Part shown: positions 26,329 to 32,000 of the stretch, one piece after another
Numbering within the stretch: position 1 is the stretch's first letter
Layout: every line of letters begins with the position of its first letter
Assembly (NCBI RefSeq): GCF_000017305.1
Contig: NC_009664.2
Location: 2,910,001 to 2,942,000 of the forward strand
From: Kineococcus radiotolerans SRS30216 = ATCC BAA-149
Lineage (GTDB): Bacteria > Actinomycetota > Actinomycetes > Actinomycetales > Kineococcaceae
DNA length: 32,000 bases
Direction: 5' to 3'
Notes under the pieces: generated by a model
Seen by the model: the letters and a program-made list of their open reading frames with translations, nothing else
What the model was told of the DNA's origin: nothing
Database searches by the model: none
Made by a program: the position numbers and the translations under genes

Positions 26329-27174
26329 TCAGACCTTGCGCGAGATCAGCGCCTGCTTGACCTCGGCGATGGCCTTGGTGACCTGGATGCCGCGGGGGCA
26401 CGCCTCGGAGCAGTTGAAGGTCGTGCGGCAGCGCCACACGCCCTCCTTGTCGTTGAGGATCTCCAGGCGCAGGTCCGAGGCCGCGTCGCGGCTGTCGAAG
26501 ATGAACCGGTGCGCGTTGACGATCGCGGCCGGGCCGAAGTACTGCCCGTCGTTCCAGAACACCGGGCAGCTCGACGTGCACGCCGCGCAGAGGATGCACT
26601 TGGTGGTGTCGTCGAAGCGCTCGCGGTCGGCCTGGGACTGGATGCGCTCGCGGGTGGGTTCCGCGCCCTTGGTGACGAGGAACGGCATGACCTCGCGGTA
26701 GGCCGCGAAGAAGGGCTCCATGTCGACGATGAGGTCCTTCTCCACCGGCAGCCCCTTGATGGGCTCGATGACGATGGGCTTCTTGATGTCGAGGTCCTTG
26801 AGCAGCGTCTTGCAGGCCAGCCGGTTGCGGCCGTTGATGCGCATGGCGTCGGACCCGCAGACCCCGTGCGCGCAGGAGCGGCGGAACACCAGGCGGCCGT
26901 CGATCTCCCACTTGACCTTGTGCAGGGCGTCGAGCACGCGGTCGGTGCCGTGCATGATCAGGTCGTAGGACTCCCAGTGCGGCTCGGAGTCCTGCTCCGG
27001 GTCGTAGCGGCGGATCTTCACCGTCACCGGGAACGAGGGGATCTCGCCGGTCTTCGACTCGTTGCCGCCCTCGCGGGGCTTCGCCCCGCCGGCGCCCTCG
27101 TGGGCGCGCTCGGCCGACTTCGCCGGGCCGGCCTCGGCGTTCGTCTCGCTCGGGGAGGTCTCGAAGGTGGACAT
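26329..27174 (-). CDS. sdhB: Succinate dehydrogenase iron-sulfur subunit
   Basis: Last 281 aa of ORF 26329..28752(-). The 2Fe-2S cluster region is RRSCAHGVCGSDAMRINGRNRLAC, the 4Fe-4S region is CILCAACTSSCP, and the 3Fe-4S region is CRTTFNCSEACP. The ATG at 27174 shares 1 nt with the sdhA stop. Confidence 0.95.
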   Translation of the reverse strand: MSTFETSPSETNAEAGPAKSAERAHEGAGGAKPREGGNESKTGEIPSFPVTVKIRRYDPEQDSEPHWESYDLIMHGTDRVLDALHKVKWEIDGRLVFRRSCAHGVCGSDAMRINGRNRLACKTLLKDLDIKKPIVIEPIKGLPVEKDLIVDMEPFFAAYREVMPFLVTKGAEPTRERIQSQADRERFDDTTKCILCAACTSSCPVFWNDGQYFGPAAIVNAHRFIFDSRDAASDLRLEILNDKEGVWRCRTTFNCSEACPRGIQVTKAIAEVKQALISRKV

Positions 27175-29006
27175 CAGTACTTGCGCTCCATCGGCTGGTA
27201 GCGCGTCTGGACGACGGGCTTGAAGTCCAGGCGCGTCGAGTAGGAACCGTCGGCGGCGTACTCGCGGTACACCATCGTGTGCCGCATGTAGTTCACGTCG
27301 TCGCGGTTGGGGTAGTCCTCGCGGAAGTGCCCCCCGCGCGACTCCTTGCGCTCCAGCGCGCCGAGGCACATGGCCTCGGCCAGGTCGAGCAGGAACCCGA
27401 GCTCCAGGCCCTCGAGGAGGTCGAGGTTGAACCGCTTGCCCTTGTCCTGCACCGAGGCGCGGGCGTAGCGCTCCTTCAGCCGCTCGATGTCGGTGAGGGC
27501 CTGCTTCAGCGTCGCCTCGGTGCGGAAGACCTGGGCGTTGGCGTCCATCGTCTCCTGCAGCTCGCGACGGATGTCGGAGATGCGCTCGCCCTGGGCGCGG
27601 TCGCGCAGCTCCGCCATCCAGTTCACGACGGGCAGCTCGGACCCCTCGGGCACGGCGATCCACTCGGCCTTCGTCGCGTACTCCGCCGCGGCGATGCCGG
27701 CCCGCTTGCCGAACACGTTGATGTCCAGCAGCGAGTTCGTGCCCAGCCGGTTGGAGCCGTGCACGGACACGCACGCGACCTCGCCCGCGGCGTAGAGGCC
27801 GGGGACGACGCGGGTGTTGTCCTGCAGCACCTCGGCGTCGACGTTGGTCGGCACCCCGCCCATGGCGTAGTGCGCCGTCGGGTAGACCGGCACCGGCTCG
27901 GTGTACGGCTCCACGCCCAGGTAGGTGCGGGCGAACTCCGTGATGTCGGGCAGCTTCGCGTCGATGTGCGCGGGTTCCAGGTGGGTCAGGTCGAGCAGGA
28001 CGTAGTCCTTGTTCGGGCCCGCCCCGCGGCCCTCGCGCACCTCGTTGGCCATCGACCGGGCGACGATGTCGCGCGGGGCGAGGTCCTTGATGGTGGGGGC
28101 GTAGCGCTCCATGAAGCGCTCGCCGTCGGCGTTGCGCAGGATCCCACCCTCCCCGCGCGCGGCCTCGGAGAGCAGGATGCCCAGCCCGGCCAGACCCGTT
28201 GGGTGGAACTGGAAGAACTCCATGTCCTCCAGCGGCAGGCCGCGGCGGTAGGCGATGCCCATGCCGTCGCCGGTCAGGGTGTGCGCGTTCGAGGTCGTCT
28301 TGTAGACCTTGCCCGCCCCGCCGGTGGCGAGGACGACCGACTTGGCCTGGAAGACGTGGATCTCGCCCGTGGCCAGCTCGTAGGCCACGACGCCGGCGAT
28401 GCGCTTGTCGCCGGGCACGCCGATGGTCGGCGGGGTGGCCAGACCGGGCTGGTCGGCGGCGCCCTCGATCTCGGTGCCCGTCCGCGCCTCCTCGGCGGGG
28501 ACGAGCAGCAGGTCGAGGACGTAGAACTCGTTGAAGAACTCCACCTCGTGCTTCACGCACTGCTGGTAGAGGGTCTGCAGGATCATGTGACCGGTGCGGT
28601 CGGCGGCGAAGCAGCTGCGGCGCACGGGGGACTTGCCGTGGTCGCGGGTGTGCCCGCCGAAGCGGCGCTGGTCGATCTTGCCCTCGGGCGTGCGGTTGAA
28701 GGGCAGGCCCATCTTCTCGAGGTCGAGGACCGCGTCGATGGCCTCCTTGCACATCACCTCGGCGGCGTCCTGGTCGACGAGGTAGTCACCGCCCTTGACG
28801 GTGTCGAAGGTGTGCCACTCCCAGTTGTCCTCCTCGACGTTGGCCAGCGCGGCGCACATGCCGCCCTGGGCCGCACCGGTGTGCGAGCGCGTCGGGTAGA
28901 GCTTGGTGAGGACCGCGGTGCGGGCCCGCTGACCGGATTCGAGGGCCGCGCGCATCCCCGCGCCGCCCGCGCCGACGATGACCACGTCGAACTGGTGCGT
29001 CTGCAT
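27174..29006 (-). CDS. sdhA: Succinate dehydrogenase flavoprotein subunit
   Basis: 610-aa [26 protein letters not shown] (FAD fold), the covalent-FAD region [10 protein letters not shown], and HPTG and [11 protein letters not shown] motifs. GAGGAG Shine-Dalgarno upstream. Confidence 0.95.
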   Translation of the reverse strand: MQTHQFDVVIVGAGGAGMRAALESGQRARTAVLTKLYPTRSHTGAAQGGMCAALANVEEDNWEWHTFDTVKGGDYLVDQDAAEVMCKEAIDAVLDLEKMGLPFNRTPEGKIDQRRFGGHTRDHGKSPVRRSCFAADRTGHMILQTLYQQCVKHEVEFFNEFYVLDLLLVPAEEARTGTEIEGAADQPGLATPPTIGVPGDKRIAGVVAYELATGEIHVFQAKSVVLATGGAGKVYKTTSNAHTLTGDGMGIAYRRGLPLEDMEFFQFHPTGLAGLGILLSEAARGEGGILRNADGERFMERYAPTIKDLAPRDIVARSMANEVREGRGAGPNKDYVLLDLTHLEPAHIDAKLPDITEFARTYLGVEPYTEPVPVYPTAHYAMGGVPTNVDAEVLQDNTRVVPGLYAAGEVACVSVHGSNRLGTNSLLDINVFGKRAGIAAAEYATKAEWIAVPEGSELPVVNWMAELRDRAQGERISDIRRELQETMDANAQVFRTEATLKQALTDIERLKERYARASVQDKGKRFNLDLLEGLELGFLLDLAEAMCLGALERKESRGGHFREDYPNRDDVNYMRHTMVYREYAADGSYSTRLDFKPVVQTRYQPMERKY

Positions 29007-29027
29007 GATTGCTCCTCGAGGTGCCGG

Positions 29028-29537
29028 TCAGGTGCCGGGGCTGGTGACGGTGGGGACGTCGTCGATGGCCGGGCGGCAGAAGTCGAACGTCTGGCTGGGG
29101 TCCGCGCACGGGTCGAAGGTGAAGATGACCAGCGTCCCCACGACGAGGACGATGACCGTGGCCAGGTAGAGGGCCATCTTCAGCCAGAACCGCGTCACGT
29201 CGCGCTCGGCGTAGTCGTTGATGACCGTCCGCACGCCGTTGGTGCCGTGCAGCTGCGCCAGCCACAGCATGAGCAGGTCCCAGACCTGCCAGAACGGGCT
29301 GGACCACTTGCCGGCGACGAAGCCCCAGTCGACCTGGTGGATGCCGTCGCCGGTCATGAGGTTGACGAAGAGGTGGCCGAAGACGAGGACGATCAGGACC
29401 ACGCCCGACATCCGCATGAACAGCCAGCCGTACATCTCCCAGTTCGTCCGGGTGGCCTTGCTGCGCCGGTACGGGGAACGGGGGGTCTCCAGGGCGGGGG
29501 CGTAGCTGCCGCCGGGGGTCTGCTCGGGTGCGCTCAC
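29028..29537 (-). CDS. sdhD: Succinate dehydrogenase hydrophobic membrane anchor subunit
   Basis: In-frame part of ORF 29028..29879(-). GTG at 29537 follows GAGGGA. It encodes 169 aa with three hydrophobic helices and lies between sdhC and sdhA. Confidence 0.85.
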   Translation of the reverse strand: MSAPEQTPGGSYAPALETPRSPYRRSKATRTNWEMYGWLFMRMSGVVLIVLVFGHLFVNLMTGDGIHQVDWGFVAGKWSSPFWQVWDLLMLWLAQLHGTNGVRTVINDYAERDVTRFWLKMALYLATVIVLVVGTLVIFTFDPCADPSQTFDFCRPAIDDVPTVTSPGT

Positions 29538-29548
29538 GGCTCGGTCCC

Positions 29549-29968
29549 TCAGTGGGTGAAGACGTTGGTCAGGTGGCGGACGAGGAAGGGCACCATCAGC
29601 GCCGTCCACAGGGCGACCACGCCCCAGAACAGCTTGCGCTGGTGCTTCGTCCCGCCGGACCAGAAGTCGACGAGGATGATCCGGACGCCGTTGAGCGCAT
29701 GGAAGACGACCGCGCCGACGAGACCGGCCTCGCCCAGGCCCATGACCGGGTTCTTGTACTGCGCGATGACGCCGTTGTAGACCTCCGGCGAGACCCGCAC
29801 GGTGGCGGTGTCCAGCACGTGCACGAAGAGGAAGAAGAAGATGAGGACGCCGGAGATGCGGTGCATCACCCAGGACCACATGCCTTCGCGGCCGCGGTAC
29901 AGCGTTCCCGCGGGCTTCCTGCTCCCCGTGGGCGTGCCCTGTCCGGGTGGGGTGAGGCTCGTGGCCAC
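29549..29968 (-). CDS. sdhC: Succinate dehydrogenase cytochrome b subunit
   Basis: 139-aa ORF with GAGGAGGA upstream of the GTG. WSWVMHRISGVLIFFFLFVHVLD contains the heme-ligand His region. Three TM helices. First gene of the sdhCDAB order. Confidence 0.85.
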   Translation of the reverse strand: MATSLTPPGQGTPTGSRKPAGTLYRGREGMWSWVMHRISGVLIFFFLFVHVLDTATVRVSPEVYNGVIAQYKNPVMGLGEAGLVGAVVFHALNGVRIILVDFWSGGTKHQRKLFWGVVALWTALMVPFLVRHLTNVFTH

Positions 29969-30266
29969 CAGCGTCCTCCTCGAGTGCTCCTCGACGCCGG
30001 ATCGCCCGGGCTTCGGCGCTCGGGCGGCGGCGTCCTGGGATCCACTCTAGGCGCGCGGGGTCCCCGGGAGCGCTCCGCGGAGTCCTCGCGGAGGATTTGT
30101 GACGAAGGACTCACGGCACCGTGCGGCGCACGTCACGCAGGACAGGCTCACCTTAAGGTCCGGAGGTCTCCCCGGTCGACCTCCTACGGCGTGTCGGAGC
30201 AACCGCGTCACCCGATCGGGTCGAGGCGGGGGAGACGGGCGGGCCCGACCGGATAGGTTCCCGCCC

Positions 30267-31448
30267 ATGACTGACGGGGGACAGGCAAGCGCGCGGAGCT
30301 GGTCGGCGGCGTGGTCGGAGGACGACCTCGAGGACGGCCAGATCGACCTCTCCGACTTCCACGCCGTCGTGCCCGCCGGGGGGGCCGGCACCCGGCTCTG
30401 GCCGCTCTCGCGCAGCGACCGGCCCAAGTTCCTCCTCGACCTCACCGGCCGCGGCCGGACGCTGCTGCAGTCCACCTGGGACCGCCTGCTGCCGCTCACC
30501 GAGGCCTCGCGCACCTGGGTCGTCACCGGCCGCTCGCACGCCGACGCCGTCGCCGCCCAGCTGCCGGACCTGCCGGGCGAGAACCTCCTGCGCGAACCGT
30601 GCCAGCGCGACTCCGCCGCCGCCATCGGCCTGGCCGCCGCCGTCCTGGTCCGCCGCGACCCCGACGCCGTGCTCGGCTCCTTCGCCGCCGACCACAACAT
30701 CTCCGGGCGCGACGACTTCGAGAGCTCCGTGGAGGAGGCCGTCGTCACCGCCCGCCGCGGGTTCGTCGTCACCATCGGGATCGCCCCCTCCCACCCCGCC
30801 ACCGGCTTCGGCTACATCCGCCTCGGCAAGCGGCTGCGCCTGCAGGGCGCGCCCAACGCCCGCCGCGTCGTGCAGTTCAAGGAGAAGCCCGACGCGCGCA
30901 CCGCCGCGGCCTACCTCTCCACCGGCGACTACCGCTGGAACGGCGGCATGTTCGTGGCCCGCGCCGACGTCCTGCTCGAGCTCCTCGCCGCCCACGCCCC
31001 CGCCCTGCACGCCGGCCTGCAGCGCATCGCCGACGCCTGGGACACCCCCCAGCGCGACGCGGTCCTCGAGGAGCAGTGGGCGGCGCTGCCCGCCATCGCC
31101 ATCGACCACGCCGTGGCCGAACCGGCCGCCGAGGAGGGCCGGGTCGCCGTCGTGCCCGCCACCTTCGGCTGGGACGACGTCGGCGACTTCTCCTCCCTCG
31201 CCGAGCTGCTGCCCGCCGACGTCGACATGCCCAAGGTGCTCGGGGACCCCCACCTCGTCATCACCGAGGGCGTCGCCGGGGGGCTCGTCGTGCCGGGCAA
31301 CGACCGCGTCGTGGCCCTGCTCGGCGTCGACGACCTCGTCGTCGTCGACACCCCCGACGCCCTCATGGTGACCACCCGCGCCCGCGCGCAGGAGGTCAAG
31401 AAGCTCGTCGCCCGCGCCCGCGAAGCCGGCCTGGACCACGTCCTGTGA
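30267..31448 (+). CDS. Mannose-1-phosphate guanylyltransferase (NDP-sugar pyrophosphorylase)
   Basis: In-frame part of ORF 30099..31448. Motifs: AVVPAGGAGTRLWPLSR (the nucleotidyltransferase G-rich loop), EPCQRDSAAAIGLAA, GYIRLG, FKEKPD and WNGGMF. The stretch 30099-30266 has poor third-position G/C and a TTA codon, so I start at ATG 30267. The start is moderately uncertain. Confidence 0.85.
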   Translation: MTDGGQASARSWSAAWSEDDLEDGQIDLSDFHAVVPAGGAGTRLWPLSRSDRPKFLLDLTGRGRTLLQSTWDRLLPLTEASRTWVVTGRSHADAVAAQLPDLPGENLLREPCQRDSAAAIGLAAAVLVRRDPDAVLGSFAADHNISGRDDFESSVEEAVVTARRGFVVTIGIAPSHPATGFGYIRLGKRLRLQGAPNARRVVQFKEKPDARTAAAYLSTGDYRWNGGMFVARADVLLELLAAHAPALHAGLQRIADAWDTPQRDAVLEEQWAALPAIAIDHAVAEPAAEEGRVAVVPATFGWDDVGDFSSLAELLPADVDMPKVLGDPHLVITEGVAGGLVVPGNDRVVALLGVDDLVVVDTPDALMVTTRARAQEVKKLVARAREAGLDHVL

Positions 31449-31480
31449 CCCCGGCCGCGCCCGCGCCGGCCCCCCGGTCC

Positions 31481-31498
31481 CCCCGCGGGACCGCGGGG
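31481..31498 (+). terminator. Weak stem-loop after the guanylyltransferase gene (7-bp stem, GGAC loop)
   Basis: CCCCGCG-GGAC-CGCGGGG, 33 nt after the stop. It is short, so function is uncertain. Confidence 0.3.
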
Positions 31499-31536
31499 TC
31501 GGCGCCCGGCAGCGGCGGCGGGTAGCGTCGAACCCC

Positions 31537-32000
31537 GTGAGCAGCGACACGAGCACCACGAGCACCCCGGACGCCGCGGCCGCGCGGACCGAGGGGCTCG
31601 CGGCCCGCGTCGCCGACCTCGTCGTCGCCCACGAGCCCACCGCCCGCGCCCTGCGCCGCGACGTGCACGCCCACCCCGAGCTGGCCCACCAGGAGCACCG
31701 CACGACGGCCCGGATCGCCGAGCTGCTGGCCGACGCCGGCGTCGCCGTCCGGCTGCTGCCGGGCACCGGCCTCATCGCCGACATCGGCCCCGACGGGCCC
31801 CGCGTGGGGGTCCGCGCCGACATCGACGCGCTGCCCGTGCCCGAGGCCACCGGCCTGCCCTACGCCTCCACCGCGCCCGGCGTCGCGCACGCCTGCGGCC
31901 ACGACGTGCACACCGCCTCCGTGCTGGGCGCCGGGCTCGTCCTGGCCGACCTCGCCCGGGCGGGGGTCCTGCGGCACGGGGTGCGGCTGGTGTTCCAGCC
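31537..32000 (+). CDS. M20-family amidohydrolase (N-acyl-amino-acid amidohydrolase / hippurate hydrolase-like), N-terminal 154 codons
   Basis: Frame absent from the ORF track because it runs off the right edge. GTG at 31537. Motifs: LRRDVHAHPELAHQEHRTTARIAELL, VRADIDALPV and the metal-binding HACGHDVH. Confidence 0.8.
   Translation, partial: MSSDTSTTSTPDAAAARTEGLAARVADLVVAHEPTARALRRDVHAHPELAHQEHRTTARIAELLADAGVAVRLLPGTGLIADIGPDGPRVGVRADIDALPVPEATGLPYASTAPGVAHACGHDVHTASVLGAGLVLADLARAGVLRHGVRLVFQ

Noticed and set aside
23150-26701. 1183-aa plus-strand ORF, with the similar 7847..11452 and 5929..7854 ORFs
   Set aside because: These are off-frame or antisense to well-supported genes (the dioxygenase, the ABC1 kinase and sdhB; bga, trpS and the 2H gene; galT and deoR). 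Their translations are low-complexity.
30099-30266. N-terminal extension of the guanylyltransferase ORF from GTG 30099
   Set aside because: About 30 percent of third positions in this stretch are A or T, against almost none in the real genes. It contains a TTA codon and is packed with palindromes, so I treat it as a leader or promoter region.

Overview
Very GC-rich chromosomal segment; nearly every third codon position in real genes is G or C. Gene content and synteny point to a high-GC actinobacterium, but the genus cannot be assigned without a database search. I support 30 protein-coding genes and found no tRNA, rRNA, CRISPR array, transposase, integrase or recognisable defence system.

Gene order, left to right:
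- Partial class-I flavoprotein disulfide reductase (-).
- Four-gene ABC-2 exporter with alternating ATPase-permease-ATPase-permease order (+).
- Minus-strand lactose/galactose operon: GH42 beta-galactosidase, DeoR regulator, galT, galK, then a small membrane ORF.
- trpS translationally coupled to a 2H phosphoesterase, followed by a YihY/BrkB membrane protein and a small two-TM protein (+).
- CebR/CebEFG/BglC-type cellobiose cluster (+) with two perfect 14-bp palindromic operators.
- Large secreted multidomain alpha/beta hydrolase with a Calx-beta-like C-terminus (+).
- Glutathione-independent formaldehyde dehydrogenase and an orphan clavaminate-synthase-like Fe(II)/2-oxoglutarate dioxygenase (+).
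- Minus-strand block sdhCDAB, an ABC1/UbiB-type kinase and a small membrane protein.
- Mannose-1-phosphate guanylyltransferase and a partial M20 amidohydrolase (+).

Most very long ORFs in the six-frame track are GC-composition artefacts that overlap the real genes.

I see no clearly novel multi-gene system. The most second-look-worthy items are:
- the secreted hydrolase;
- the orphan dioxygenase, with a degenerate 14-nt tandem array in front of it;
- the A-P-A-P ABC exporter;
- the twin operators;
- several perfect short tandem duplications and symmetric elements in intergenic regions.

All functional calls rest on motifs read by eye. No searches were run.
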